Shown here one piece after another: positions 1-10,356 of a DNA stretch of 32,000 nucleotides (position 1 is its first letter; each line of letters opens with the position of its first letter). The stretch lies in contig NZ_CP015137.1 of the NCBI RefSeq assembly GCF_001644705.1, positions 150,001-182,000 of the forward strand. Direction: 5' to 3'. The notes below the pieces were generated by a model that worked only from the letters and a program-made list of their open reading frames with translations, was not told where the DNA came from and did not search any database. The stretch is from Dickeya solani IPO 2222 (lineage in GTDB: Bacteria; Pseudomonadota; Gammaproteobacteria; Enterobacterales; Enterobacteriaceae). The position numbers and the translations under genes were made by a program.

Positions 1-2969
1 AGACAGCGCGCCTGCGGCAACCGTTGCAGGGACGGCAGCCAGGAGAGAGCATAGATCCCCTGAGAGTGCGCCAGATTGCGGGTTTCATGGCCGTAGGTGC
101 CCGCCATGCCGCAACAGCCGACGCTGACGTTTTCCAGCCGGGCGCCGAAATGGGCGAAAATAGCCGACCACTGTTGCCCGCTGACAGGCAGCGCCGTGGT
201 TTCGGTGCAGTGACCGAACAGATACCACGGCTCGTCGCGCAGTGCCGCAGCGCGATCGTCGCGGCCGGTCAATAGCGCCGTCAGCCACTCATGCACCAGC
301 TGCACCTGAAAATCGCCGCGCCGATCGCCCAACACTTCCCGGTATTCATCCCGGTAGCACAGCACCAGCGCCGGATCCACCCCCACCATCGGCAGCCCAA
401 GACGAGCCACCCGGTTGAGGAATTCCGAGGTTTTGCCGGCGGTTTTGGCGAAGCGCTGCAGGAAGCCTTTGATATGCTGCGGCTTGCCGTTCGGCGAAAA
501 CGGCAGCAGCACCGGCCGCAATCCCAGTTTTTCCACCAGCCGGACAAAATCCGCCACCACCTGCGCGTCGTAATAGCTGGTAAACGGGTCCTGCACGATC
601 AGCACATGATCGGCGCGTGCCTGCGGCGACATCTGTTCCAGCTGCTCCAGCGTGGTGGTCATCACCCGGTGGCCGACAAATTGCTGGCGCAGCGACGGCG
701 TCGACAGCAACGGCAAATCCACCATGCCGATGAACTTGCGGCTGACCGCATTGACCCACGGCTGGCGCAGGAAAAAGTTGAAGGTTTTCGGGCTATGCGC
801 CATCAGCGGGGCGTAACTTTCCACGCCGGCCACCAGATAGTCCCGCGCCGGCCGCAGATAGCGGGTGTGGTACAACTGCAGGAAACGGGCGCGAAAACCG
901 GGAACGTCAATCTTGATCGGGCACTGGGTGGAACAGGCTTTGCAGGCCAGACAGCCGGACATCGCCTCCTTAACCTCGTGCGAGAAATCATATACGCCCT
1001 GACGCGCGGCCAGCGTATTACGGGTTTTGGCGATCAGCCCGCGGAAACTGACGCGCTGATGCGGCAACGCGTTTTCCAACGCCAGCGGATCCACGCCCTG
1101 TTCCGATAGCAGACGCAACCACTCGCGCACCAGCGTGGCGCGGCCTTTGGGCGAATGGATACGATTGCCGGTGATTTTCATCGACGGGCACATCGGGCTG
1201 CGAGTGTCGAAGTTGAAGCACAGACCGTTGCCGTTGCACTCCATCGCGCCGCGGTACGCGGTGCGCACCGTCAGCGGAATCTGCCGATCGTAGGTGCCGC
1301 GTTTCACCGCATCCACCTTCATCATCGGCGCATCTACCCCCAGCGGCGCACAGATCTTGCCGGGGTTAAGGCGGTTGTCCGGGTCGAACGCCGCCTTGAC
1401 CCGGCGCAGCTCCTCATACAGTTCCGGCCCGAAGAATGCCGGGCTGTATTCGGCGCGGAAACCTTTGCCGTGCTCGCCCCACAGCAAACCGCCATATTTG
1501 GCGGTCAGCGCCACGATCTGATCGGACAGTTGCTTCATCAGCACTTCCTGCTGCGGGTCGCACATATCCAGCGCCGGACGCACATGCAACACACCGGCGT
1601 CCACATGGCCGAACATGCCGTAACTCAGATTGTGGCTGTCCAACAGCGCACGGAACTCGGTGATATAATCCGCCAGATGCTGAGGCGGTACGCAGGTATC
1701 TTCGGCAAACGGAATCGGTTTTGCCTGCCCTTTGCTGTTGCCCAGCAGGCCGACCGCTTTCTTGCGCATGCCGTAAATACGTTCGATGCCTGCCAGCTCA
1801 CGGCAAACCTGATAGCCGATCACTCCCGCCTCGCGGGCCGCCAGCAGCCCATCCAGGCGTTCGCACAGCGACGCCACCTGGCCGTCGATAAGCGGTTCGT
1901 CGTCGCCGGCGAACTCGACAATGTTCAGCCCCAGCATCTCCTCGCCGGGCACATCGGTAATCAGCTCGCTGACCGAGTGCCACACGATGTCTTCGCGCGC
2001 CAGATTCAGCACCTTCGAGTCCACCGTTTCCACCGACAACGCCCGCGCGTCCACCATAAACGGCGCGCTGCGCAACGCGGAATCGAACGAGTCATATTTG
2101 ACGTTGACCAGCCGCCGCACCTTGGGCAACGGCGTGATATCCAGCTTCGCTTCGGTGATGAACGCCAGCGTCCCTTCGGCACCGGTCAGAATGCGGGTCA
2201 GGTCAAACGTTTGCATGTCATCGCTGAAGACGTGGCGCAGGTCGTAACCGGTCAGGAAACGGTTCAGTTTGGGGAACTTTTCCACGATCAGGTCACGGCG
2301 TTCACGGCAGCGATGCAGTACGGTGTGATAAATACGGCCTATCGGCGAATTGTCCTGCGCCAGCTGTTCCGCCAGCGCCACCGGCATCGCCTGAGTATCC
2401 AGTAGTTCGCCGCCCGGCAGCACCGCACGCAGCCCCAGCACATGGTCTGAGGTTTTGCCATACACCAACGAACCCTGCCCCGAGGCGTCGGTATTGATCA
2501 TGCCGCCCAGCGTGGCGCGGTTGCTGGTGGACAGCTCCGGTGCGAAAAAGTAACCGAACGGTTTCAGGTACTGGTTCAGTTGATCTTTGATGACCCCGGC
2601 TTCCACCCGCACCCAGCCCTGCTCCGGGTTGATTTCCAGAATACGGTTCATGTAGCGGGACATATCCACCACAATCCCGTGATTGAGCGCCTGTCCGTTG
2701 GTACCGGTGCCGCCGCCGCGCGGCGTGAAGACCAGCTCGCGAAAGCGCGCCTCATCCGCCAGGCGGGCCAGCAGCGCCACGTCGGCGGTAGAGCGGGGGA
2801 AAACCACGGCGTCCGGCAGCAGCTGATAGATACTGTTATCCGTCGCCATCGTCAGGCGGTCGGCGTACTGGGTGGCGATATCGCCGGTAAAACCATTTTG
2901 CTTCAAGGCTTCCAAAAAGCTCAGCACCGGTTGAACGATTCCCGGCGCTCGTGTGATCTGTGGGATCAT
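1..2969 (-). CDS. ydiJ: FAD-linked oxidase / Fe-S cluster domain protein YdiJ; the 3' end runs off the window
   Basis: This gene is absent from the ORF track because it has no stop codon inside the window. Hand translation of the minus strand from ATG 2969..2967 stays open to position 1. No other minus-strand ORF is listed in this frame. The product begins MIPQITRAPGIVQPVLSFLEALKQNGFTGDIATQYADRLTMATDNSIYQLLPDAVVFPRS. Later stretches read ...ECNGNGLCFNFDTRSPMCPSMKITGNRIHSPKGRATLVREWLRLL..., ...CLACKACSTQCPIKIDVPGF... and ...VGCCGMAGTYGHE.... These match my recollection of E. coli YdiJ (about 1018 aa). The long + strand ORFs here are R/H/Q-rich shadows. Confidence 0.88.
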   Translation of the reverse strand, partial: MIPQITRAPGIVQPVLSFLEALKQNGFTGDIATQYADRLTMATDNSIYQLLPDAVVFPRSTADVALLARLADEARFRELVFTPRGGGTGTNGQALNHGIVVDMSRYMNRILEINPEQGWVRVEAGVIKDQLNQYLKPFGYFFAPELSTSNRATLGGMINTDASGQGSLVYGKTSDHVLGLRAVLPGGELLDTQAMPVALAEQLAQDNSPIGRIYHTVLHRCRERRDLIVEKFPKLNRFLTGYDLRHVFSDDMQTFDLTRILTGAEGTLAFITEAKLDITPLPKVRRLVNVKYDSFDSALRSAPFMVDARALSVETVDSKVLNLAREDIVWHSVSELITDVPGEEMLGLNIVEFAGDDEPLIDGQVASLCERLDGLLAAREAGVIGYQVCRELAGIERIYGMRKKAVGLLGNSKGQAKPIPFAEDTCVPPQHLADYITEFRALLDSHNLSYGMFGHVDAGVLHVRPALDMCDPQQEVLMKQLSDQIVALTAKYGGLLWGEHGKGFRAEYSPAFFGPELYEELRRVKAAFDPDNRLNPGKICAPLGVDAPMMKVDAVKRGTYDRQIPLTVRTAYRGAMECNGNGLCFNFDTRSPMCPSMKITGNRIHSPKGRATLVREWLRLLSEQGVDPLALENALPHQRVSFRGLIAKTRNTLAARQGVYDFSHEVKEAMSGCLACKACSTQCPIKIDVPGFRARFLQLYHTRYLRPARDYLVAGVESYAPLMAHSPKTFNFFLRQPWVNAVSRKFIGMVDLPLLSTPSLRQQFVGHRVMTTTLEQLEQMSPQARADHVLIVQDPFTSYYDAQVVADFVRLVEKLGLRPVLLPFSPNGKPQHIKGFLQRFAKTAGKTSEFLNRVARLGLPMVGVDPALVLCYRDEYREVLGDRRGDFQVQLVHEWLTALLTGRDDRAAALRDEPWYLFGHCTETTALPVSGQQWSAIFAHFGARLENVSVGCCGMAGTYGHETRNLAHSQGIYALSWLPSLQRLPQARC

Positions 2970-3310
2970 TATGTGTTGACCCTGTCCGTGCGAGAGGTGT
3001 TTGCCAATAAACTAAGTGCCGGCAGGCGGCGCGTCGGCCATCCGCAGCCCCTTCGTTTTATCACATTTCCCCCGGCGATGCGTTAATGGAGCAAGAAAAA
3101 CTTAGGGTTGCGGTAGCAAGCGGCTCCCGCGGCATAGCGCTGACGATTCGCCCTCCCGGTCAGGAATCACTGTGCAAACCGGTGGAAATCACGCATGATA
3201 AATTCTGGCTCAAATCCTTCGTATTATCAGCCATCAGGGACGACAGCCCGCCCCGTTTTCATCATTTTGCATTAGGCCTGTCGCCTGAATTAATGAGGTA
3301 ACCTCTCTTG

Positions 3311-4411
3311 ATGAAACAATCTCCGTCACAGCGATTCGATCTCGCGCGAATCCTGTTCAGTTTGTTGTTTATTGGTATTCTGATTATTGCCTGTTTCTGG
3401 GTGGTGCAACCGTTTATCCTCGGCTTTGCCTGGGCCAGTATGGTGGTGATCGCCACCTGGCCGCTGCTGATCCGTCTGCAGCAGATGCTGTGGGGATCCC
3501 GCTCGTTGGCGGTGCTGGTCATGACCCTGCTGCTGGTGCTGCTGTTCGTGTTCCCAACCTCAATTCTGGTCAGCAGCGTGATTGACAACGCCTCAAATCT
3601 GATCAGTTGGATCGGCGCACAGGGGCGGATTACCCCGCCGGAGCTGGACTGGCTGCAGTCCATCCCGCTGGTGGGCGCCAAGCTGCACAGCAGCTGGCAT
3701 TCGCTGGCGCACAGCGGCGGTCCGGCGCTGATGGCCAAAATCCAACCCTATATCGGTCAGACCGCTTCCTGGGTGGTGTCACAGGCAGCGCATATCGGCC
3801 GTTTCCTGATGCACTGTACCCTGATGGTGCTGTTCAGCGTACTGCTGTACAGCAAAGGGGATCAGGTGGCGCTGGGCGTGCGCCGTTTCGCGATTCGGCT
3901 GGGGCGTCAGGGCGGCGACTCGGCGGTGATTCTGGCGGCGCAAGCCATTCGGGCGGTTGCCCTCGGGGTGGTGGTGACCGCGATTGTACAGTCGGTGCTG
4001 GGCGGCATTGGTCTGACTCTGGCAGGTATTCCCTACACCACGCTGCTCACGGTGCTGATGTTCCTGTCCTGCGTGGCGCAAATCGGCCCGCTGACGGTGC
4101 TGATTCCCGCTATCATCTGGCTTTACTGGAGCGGCGATACCACCTGGGGCACCATCCTGCTGATCTGGAGCGGCGTGGTTGGCACGCTGGACAACATCAT
4201 CCGGCCGTTGCTGATCCGTATGGGCGCTGATTTGCCGATGTTGCTGATTCTGTCCGGCGTGATCGGCGGCCTGTTGGCATTCGGCATGATTGGGCTGTTT
4301 ATCGGCCCGGTAGTGCTGGCGGTATCCTATCGTCTGCTGTCAGCCTGGATGAAAGACTCGCCGGAACCGCCGCCGGTCCGCGTCATTTCCCATCACCACA
4401 AAAAGCCCTGA
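3311..4411 (+). CDS. ydiK: AI-2E family (PerM-like) inner-membrane transporter YdiK
   Basis: Track ORF 3308..4411 starts at a TTG, and I prefer the adjacent ATG at 3311. The protein is highly hydrophobic and multi-pass. Strings such as VQPFILGFAWASMVVIATWPLL, AAQAIRAVALGVVVTAIVQSVLGGIGL, GTLDNIIRPLLIRMGADLP and GMIGLFIGPVVLAVSYRL match recalled E. coli YdiK (about 370 aa). It is divergent from ydiJ, as in E. coli. Confidence 0.9.
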   Translation: MKQSPSQRFDLARILFSLLFIGILIIACFWVVQPFILGFAWASMVVIATWPLLIRLQQMLWGSRSLAVLVMTLLLVLLFVFPTSILVSSVIDNASNLISWIGAQGRITPPELDWLQSIPLVGAKLHSSWHSLAHSGGPALMAKIQPYIGQTASWVVSQAAHIGRFLMHCTLMVLFSVLLYSKGDQVALGVRRFAIRLGRQGGDSAVILAAQAIRAVALGVVVTAIVQSVLGGIGLTLAGIPYTTLLTVLMFLSCVAQIGPLTVLIPAIIWLYWSGDTTWGTILLIWSGVVGTLDNIIRPLLIRMGADLPMLLILSGVIGGLLAFGMIGLFIGPVVLAVSYRLLSAWMKDSPEPPPVRVISHHHKKP

Positions 4412-4425
4412 TTTCCACTTTCATC

Positions 4426-4448
4426 TCCCGGTGCATCACGCACCGGGA
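4426..4448 (+). terminator. Hairpin downstream of ydiK, possibly a weak terminator
   Basis: TCCCGGTGC (4426-4434) pairs perfectly with GCACCGGGA (4440-4448) around the loop ATCAC. It starts 15 nt after the ydiK stop. No U-tract follows, so it is not a canonical intrinsic terminator. Confidence 0.3.
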
Positions 4449-4595
4449 ACATTCCTAATATGTAAGATAATTTTATATTTTTAGGAAACCTCTCAGCCAA
4501 ATTACATTATTTTTGGCAGTTAATTTGCCATTACCCCAGTTTTCCTGACAAAAACTCTTGCATGACAAATCTATTATTCAAAAATAATTAACCAT

Positions 4596-4638
4596 TAGGA
4601 TGATTCCTAATGACTCCGATCGCCCCAAAACCTAGTAT
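4596..4638 (+). promoter_or_regulatory. Putative rprA promoter with an RcsB-box-like inverted repeat
   Basis: TAGGATGATTCCTA (4596-4609) is a near-palindrome. It matches 11 of 14 positions of the recalled Rcs box TAAGAATATTCCTA. It directly abuts a -35-like ATGACT (4610-4615). A 17-nt spacer then leads to a -10-like TAGTAT (4633-4638). This places the transcription start near 4645-4648, which fits the expected RprA 5' end. Confidence 0.5.
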
Positions 4639-4645
4639 TCATACC

Positions 4646-4754
4646 TGGAGCTATTGTTAACGTAATGTTTGTCAGTGAGGTTTCTCCTCGTCAGAGCTAG
4701 TAACGAATTGCTGTGTGTAGTCTTTGCCCATCCCCTGAGGTGGGCTTTTTTTTT
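4646..4754 (+). ncRNA. rprA: RprA small RNA (Hfq-dependent, Rcs-regulated activator of rpoS translation); the 5' end is approximate
   Basis: AACGAATTGCTGTGTGTAGTCTTTGCCCATC (4702-4732) is essentially identical to the 3' half of E. coli RprA as I recall it. A terminator hairpin and a T9 run follow. The location immediately downstream of ydiK is the same as in E. coli. The 5' half has diverged, so the start is inferred from the roughly 105-nt length and the -10 element. Confidence 0.8.
4726..4754 (+). terminator. Rho-independent terminator of rprA
   Basis: GCCCAT (4726-4731) pairs with GTGGGC (4740-4745), including one G-U pair, around the loop CCCCTGAG. Nine consecutive T residues follow (4746-4754). 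Confidence 0.8.
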
Positions 4755-4854
4755 ATCTGCTGCTTTCGCCCTTCCCCAGTGCTGTTGCGCCCGCTCTCTT
4801 TTTCGTTTCCCACCGTCTTCGCTCACCCTATTCCGTATCACAAAACGCGGGCAT

Positions 4855-4886
4855 AAAAAAACCGCCCGGCGCAGTGCGGCGGGCGG
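4855..4886 (-). terminator. Rho-independent terminator of ppsA
   Basis: A GC-rich hairpin spans 4862-4886 (CCGCCCG...CGGGCGG outer stem, inner GCG/CGC pairs, one mismatch). On the minus strand it is followed by T7, seen as the A-run 4855-4861 on the + strand. It lies 33 nt downstream of the ppsA stop. Confidence 0.6.
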
Positions 4887-4919
4887 TGGGTATGATTCAA
4901 TCAACGTCAAATAAACGGC

Positions 4920-7298
4920 TTAGCGCTTCTCCGCCAGGCTTAGCCAGGTCTGCACCACGGTATCCGGGTTCAGCGACAGGCTGTCGATGCCTTCATCCAT
5001 CAGCCAGGCGGCGAAATCCTCATGGTCGGACGGCCCCTGACCACAGATTCCGACGTATTTACCCTGCTTTTTCGCCGCGCGAATCGCCATCGCCAGCAGC
5101 GCTTTCACCGCGTCATTACGCTCGTCAAACAGTTCGGACACCACGCCGGAGTCGCGGTCCAGCCCCAACGCCAGCTGCGTCATGTCATTCGAGCCGATAG
5201 AGAAACCGTCGAAATGTTGCAGGAACTCCTCCGCCAGCAGCGCGTTGGACGGAATTTCGCACATCATGATGATTTTCAGACCGTTCTCGCCACGTTTCAG
5301 CCCCTGACTGGCCAGCTCGGCCACCACGGCTTCCGCCTGCGCCACGGTGCGCACAAACGGGATCATCACTTCCACGTTGCTCAGCCCCATGCCGTTGCGA
5401 ACCCGTTTCACCGCTTCGCACTCCAGCGCAAAGCAGGCGCGGAAGTCCGGCGACACGTAACGACCGGCGCCGCGGAAACCCAGCATCGGGTTTTCTTCTT
5501 CCGGCTCGTAGCGAGCGCCACCCAGCAGGTTGGCGTACTCGTTGGACTTGAAATCGGACAAACGCACGATCACGCGCTTCGGCCAGAATGCCGCCGCCAG
5601 CGTCGCGATGCCTTCCTTCAGCCGTTCGATGTAGAACTCGACCGGGTCGTCGTATCCCTGCATCAGGGTACGGATTTCACGCTGCAGTTCCGGCGTTTGC
5701 TGTGCAAACTCCAGCAAGGCGCGCGGATGCACCCCGATCATACGGTTGATGATGAACTCCAGTCGCGCCAGCCCCACCCCTTCGTTGGGCAGGCAGGCGA
5801 AATCAAACGCCCGATCCGGGTTGCCGACGTTCATCATAATTTTCAGCGGCAGCGACGGCATCGCATCCACCTGCGAACTTTTCACGGTGAAATCCAGCAG
5901 GTCATGATAGACGTAGCCGGTGTCGCCCTCGGCGCAGGATACCGTCACTTTCTGGCCGCTTTGCAACCGTTCGGTGGCATCGCCGCAGCCCACCACCGCC
6001 GGGATACCCAGTTCACGCGCGATGATCGCCGCATGGCAGGTCCGCCCGCCGCGGTTGGTGACGATCGCCGCCGCCTTTTTCATGATCGGTTCCCAGTCCG
6101 GGTCGGTCATGTCGGTCACCAGCACGTCGCCGGCATTCACCCGATGCATTTCGCTAATGTCATGGACGATCTTCACTTCACCCGCACCGATGCGATGGCC
6201 GATGGCGCGCCCTTCCACCAGCACCTTGCCGCCGGCCGGCAAATGATAGCGCTCCATCACCTGACCATTGGAACGCACGGTCTCCGGACGCGCCTGCACG
6301 ATATACAACTTGCCGGTGTGGCCGTCTTTGGCCCATTCGATGTCCATCGGGCGGCCGTAGTGTTTTTCAATCAGCAGCGCCTGATGCGCCAACGCCTGCA
6401 CTTCATCATCGCTCAGGCAGAAACGGGTGCGCTGCGCCTCTTCCACATCCTCTACCCGCACCTGTTTACCGTGCTCCTGCGTGGCGGCGTACACCATGCG
6501 GATTTTTTTCGATCCCATATTGCGGCGCACAATCGACGGTTTGCCATTGAGTAACGTCGGTTTATGCACATAAAACTCATCCGGGTTGACCGCACCCTGC
6601 ACCACCATCTCGCCCAGCCCCCAGGCGGCGGTAATAAACACCACCTGATCGAAGCCCGACTCGGTATCCAGCGTAAACATCACCCCGGAAGACGCCAGAT
6701 CGGAACGCACCATGCGCTGCACCCCGGCGGACAGCGCCACGCCGCGATGGTCATAGCCCTGGTGTACGCGATAGGAAATGGCGCGATCGTTGAACAGCGA
6801 AGCAAACACATGCTTCACCGCCACCATCACGGCATCAATGCCCTGTACGTTAAGAAAGGTTTCCTGCTGACCGGCGAAGGAGGCGTCCGGCATGTCTTCC
6901 GCTGTGGCGGAAGAACGCACGGCGAACGACGCGTCCGGTTCGCCGTCCGCCAGTTGCTGGTACGCGTCGCAGATTGCCTGCTCCAGCTCCGGCTGGAATG
7001 GTGTGTCGATGACCCACTGACGGATCTGCGCGCCGGCCTTAGCCAGTTGGCTGACATCGTCGGCATCGGTGTGGTCCAGCAGCTCATAAATACGCTGGTT
7101 GATGCCGCTTTGGTTGAGAAAGTCATTAAACGCCTGGGCGGTTGTCGCAAAACCATTCGGAACCGACACCCCAAGTTCCGACAGGTTAGTGATCATTTCC
7201 CCCAGAGAGGCATTTTTGCCTCCCACCCGCTCAACGTCGTGCATACCAAGCTGGTTATACCACAGGACATTACGCATATCAGGGCCGTTGTTAGACAT
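4920..7298 (-). CDS. ppsA: Phosphoenolpyruvate synthase (pyruvate, water dikinase)
   Basis: The track ORF (4920..7556, 878 aa) is over-extended at its N-terminus. The internal start [39 protein letters not shown] at ATG 7298 gives 792 aa. From there to the C-terminus (...[19 protein letters not shown]) it is collinear with recalled E. coli PpsA (792 aa). The phosphohistidine region [21 protein letters not shown] is included. An AAGGA SD lies upstream of 7298. Confidence 0.97.
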   Translation of the reverse strand: MSNNGPDMRNVLWYNQLGMHDVERVGGKNASLGEMITNLSELGVSVPNGFATTAQAFNDFLNQSGINQRIYELLDHTDADDVSQLAKAGAQIRQWVIDTPFQPELEQAICDAYQQLADGEPDASFAVRSSATAEDMPDASFAGQQETFLNVQGIDAVMVAVKHVFASLFNDRAISYRVHQGYDHRGVALSAGVQRMVRSDLASSGVMFTLDTESGFDQVVFITAAWGLGEMVVQGAVNPDEFYVHKPTLLNGKPSIVRRNMGSKKIRMVYAATQEHGKQVRVEDVEEAQRTRFCLSDDEVQALAHQALLIEKHYGRPMDIEWAKDGHTGKLYIVQARPETVRSNGQVMERYHLPAGGKVLVEGRAIGHRIGAGEVKIVHDISEMHRVNAGDVLVTDMTDPDWEPIMKKAAAIVTNRGGRTCHAAIIARELGIPAVVGCGDATERLQSGQKVTVSCAEGDTGYVYHDLLDFTVKSSQVDAMPSLPLKIMMNVGNPDRAFDFACLPNEGVGLARLEFIINRMIGVHPRALLEFAQQTPELQREIRTLMQGYDDPVEFYIERLKEGIATLAAAFWPKRVIVRLSDFKSNEYANLLGGARYEPEEENPMLGFRGAGRYVSPDFRACFALECEAVKRVRNGMGLSNVEVMIPFVRTVAQAEAVVAELASQGLKRGENGLKIIMMCEIPSNALLAEEFLQHFDGFSIGSNDMTQLALGLDRDSGVVSELFDERNDAVKALLAMAIRAAKKQGKYVGICGQGPSDHEDFAAWLMDEGIDSLSLNPDTVVQTWLSLAEKR

Positions 7299-7412
7299 CG
7301 AAAATAATCCTTTTTGCATACAATTAGGGTGTGAAATTAGGGTGTGAAATATTTCGCCATGAATGAGTTTCGGCTTTATGAGCGTAGCACAGGGTTTCAA
7401 AAAGGACGGAAA

Positions 7413-7426
7413 GGTGAATCGATCAA
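7413..7426. promoter_or_regulatory. Putative Cra (FruR) operator in the ppsA-ppsR divergent promoter region
   Basis: GGTGAATCGATCAA fits every position of the recalled Cra consensus RSTGAAWCSNTHHW. It lies about 115 nt upstream of the ppsA ATG in an AT-rich intergenic region. ppsA is a classical Cra-activated gene in E. coli. No binding data are available here. Confidence 0.45.
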
Positions 7427-7612
7427 CCTGGTGAAAAAAAGAGGAATTCAGAGTTTTGGATTGCCAAAAGTCAGAAAAATCCCAATATTGTAAAATAATA
7501 CCATCGTAATCATGAAGATAATGAAATGATGTTTTAATAAAAAAGTCAGGAAACACCTGATTTTCGGCACAAAAGGCTTATGATAGCCAGCGAAGGCATT
7601 GGAGGAGTCTGT

Positions 7613-8434
7613 ATGGAAAGAAGCGTATTTTACGTGTCAGACGGCACCGCCATTACGGCGGAAGTGCTGGGTCACGCCGTCATGTCCCAGTTTCCGGTTA
7701 ACACCGTCAGTTATACCCTGCCGTTCGTCGATAATGAAGCCCGAGCGGCGGCCGTCCGCGAACAGATCGATACCTTGTACCGTCAGAGCGGCATTCGCCC
7801 GCTGGTGTTCTATTCGATTGTCACGCCGGCTATCCGCGATATCATCGTCGGCAGCGAAGGATTCTGCCAGGACATCGTGCAGGCCCTGGTGGCGCCGCTA
7901 CAGCAGGAACTGAACGTGTCGCCGATGCCGGTGGCCAATCGCACCCACGGACTGACCGCCACCAACCTGACCAAATACGACGCGCGTATCGCCGCGATCG
8001 ATTACACGCTGGCCCACGACGACGGCATCTCGTTACGCAACCTCGATCAGGCGCAGGTGATCCTGCTGGGGGTTTCCCGCTGCGGCAAAACCCCGACCAG
8101 CCTCTATCTGGCGATGCAGTTCGGCATCCGGGCCGCTAACTACCCCTTTACCGCCGACGACATGGACAACCTGCTGCTGCCGGAGGCGCTCAAGCCTTAT
8201 CAGCAAAAGCTGTTCGGCCTGACCATCGACGCCGAGCGGCTGGCGGCCATTCGTGAAGAACGGCGCGGCAACAGCCGGTACGCCTCGCTGCGGCAATGCC
8301 GCATAGAACTGAGCGAGGTGGAATCGTTATTCCGCCGTAATCAGATCCGTTACATCAACACCACTAATTATTCGGTGGAAGAGATTTCCGCCCGCATTAT
8401 CGACCTGATGGGCATAAATCGGCGTATGTATTAG
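7613..8434 (+). CDS. ppsR: PEP synthase regulatory protein (bifunctional kinase/pyrophosphorylase, DUF299)
   Basis: The track ORF starts at 7580. I prefer ATG 7613 because GGAGGA (7601-7606) lies 6 nt upstream. That start gives [28 protein letters not shown]..., collinear with recalled E. coli PpsR/YdiA. The P-loop [15 protein letters not shown] and the C-terminus [22 protein letters not shown] are present. The gene is divergent from ppsA. Confidence 0.93.
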   Translation: MERSVFYVSDGTAITAEVLGHAVMSQFPVNTVSYTLPFVDNEARAAAVREQIDTLYRQSGIRPLVFYSIVTPAIRDIIVGSEGFCQDIVQALVAPLQQELNVSPMPVANRTHGLTATNLTKYDARIAAIDYTLAHDDGISLRNLDQAQVILLGVSRCGKTPTSLYLAMQFGIRAANYPFTADDMDNLLLPEALKPYQQKLFGLTIDAERLAAIREERRGNSRYASLRQCRIELSEVESLFRRNQIRYINTTNYSVEEISARIIDLMGINRRMY

Positions 8435-8743
8435 CTGTTTTTCACTCATCGGAGTAAGGGGTTACCTGTGATAGACTATCGCCATCGCGGCCAGGCGGAC
8501 CCGGAAGAATATCGGTGGCCTCACCACGGCCACCTTCCCGCGCCGTTTCGCCAGACCTGATGGTTATTTCATAATAAATTCTTGTCCCGGCAGGCGTTGC
8601 TAACGCCGCCAGACTGAACGCGGACACCGTGCAACAACCTGAACGTACGCAAACTACGCAAGGATATCGGGCACACCCCGGGCTCAGCCTGACCAATAAA
8701 ATAGCCTAATGAGACAGGTTCCACGTACATTCAGAGACTACAC

Positions 8744-9796
<1,053 letters not shown>

Positions 9797-9828
9797 CGAC
9801 AAGCCATTCGGCGTATCGCTCCGTCCTG

Positions 9829-9869
9829 AAAAAGAAAACCTCCGCCGCGGCGGAGGTCGTTCCCTTTTC
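9829..9869. terminator. Bidirectional hairpin terminator shared by convergent aroH and rmf
   Basis: CCTCCGC (9839-9845) pairs with GCGGAGG (9850-9856) around a CGCG loop. On the minus strand TTTTCTTTTT follows, seen as the A-rich run 9829-9838, which gives a good rmf terminator. On the + strand TCGTTCCCTTTTCG follows, a weaker U-tract for aroH. Confidence 0.6.
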
Positions 9870-9885
9870 GATTGACAAGGTGCGA

Positions 9886-10053
9886 TCAGGCAATCGCCGC
9901 CCTGTCCTCCATGGCCTCTCGCCAACCTCCCAACCAGTTAGACCGGGCATCGATCGATTGATAAGGACAGAGCTCCTTGGACCGGCCAACGATACCAGCC
10001 TGATAGCCCCGTGAATGCGCCCGTGCCAGACGATCTCTTTTCTGTCTCTTCAT
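9886..10053 (-). CDS. rmf: Ribosome modulation factor (55 aa)
   Basis: This gene is below the ORF-track length cut-off. Hand translation from ATG 10053..10051 to TGA 9888..9886 gives MKRQKRDRLARAHSRGYQAGIVGRSKELCPYQSIDARSNWLGGWREAMEDRAAIA. This is nearly identical in length and sequence to recalled E. coli RMF (MKRQKRDRLERAHQRGYQAGIAGRSKEMCPYQ...WLGGWREAM...). It lies downstream of pqiC, as in E. coli. Confidence 0.9.
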   Translation of the reverse strand: MKRQKRDRLARAHSRGYQAGIVGRSKELCPYQSIDARSNWLGGWREAMEDRAAIA

Positions 10054-10324
10054 GCCTTGTTTCCCTCATTTCGACTCTGGTGGAAAGAAAACAGTGGTTA
10101 GTTTTCACGCAACCACACCCTATGAATAGCCATTCGGGAGGCGAAGATCAAGGCGCAAAATTCACGCCATTGTCATATTTGTGAACCAGAATAAAGAATT
10201 TTCTGCGCGACAAAGCCACATTTTGGCCTAACCGGCTGAGACAAAAACAAAACCCCTGAAACCCGATCGCGATCGCAAAAACGGGATCCAAAGGTATTTG
10301 CTATAACTCAATTCATATCGGTAT

Positions 10325-10356
10325 AAAAGCGGCCCGGCTTCCACGTTGGGCCGGGA
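10325..10356 (-). terminator. Possible weak terminator or attenuating hairpin after pqiC
   Basis: CCCGGC (10333-10338) pairs with GCCGGG (10350-10355). On the minus strand CCGCTTTTATAC follows. The hairpin starts directly after the pqiC stop (10357-10359). The stem is short and the U-tract is short. Confidence 0.35.

Noticed and set aside
291-3086. Three long + strand ORFs (291..1109, 1155..2405, 2580..3086) covering the left 3 kb
   Set aside because: Their translations are R/H/Q/A-rich low-complexity strings with no recognisable motifs. They lie antisense to a continuous, convincingly YdiJ-like minus-strand frame. They are typical shadow ORFs of GC-rich genes.
3086-3301. A 71-aa ORF in the ydiJ-ydiK divergent intergenic region
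   Set aside because: It has no SD and no recognisable similarity. It occupies the region where the two divergent promoters must lie. I could not support it as a gene.
4632-4914. 92-aa (minus) and 81-aa (plus) ORFs between ydiK and ppsA
   Set aside because: They overlap the RprA sRNA, its terminator and the ppsA terminator. The peptide sequences are low-complexity, so the sRNA explanation is much better supported.
7299-7556. An 86-aa N-terminal extension of the ppsA ORF (track start at 7556)
   Set aside because: The extension runs through AT-rich promoter DNA and has a non-protein-like composition (F/K/I/H-rich). It is absent from PpsA as I recall it. A good SD precedes the internal ATG at 7298, which yields the canonical 792 aa.
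8650-8680. Possible TrpR operator upstream of aroH (GTACGCAAACTACGCA)
   Set aside because: It resembles the E. coli aroH operator GTACTAGAGAACTAGTGC only loosely. The half-site spacing is wrong and the CTAG cores are missing.
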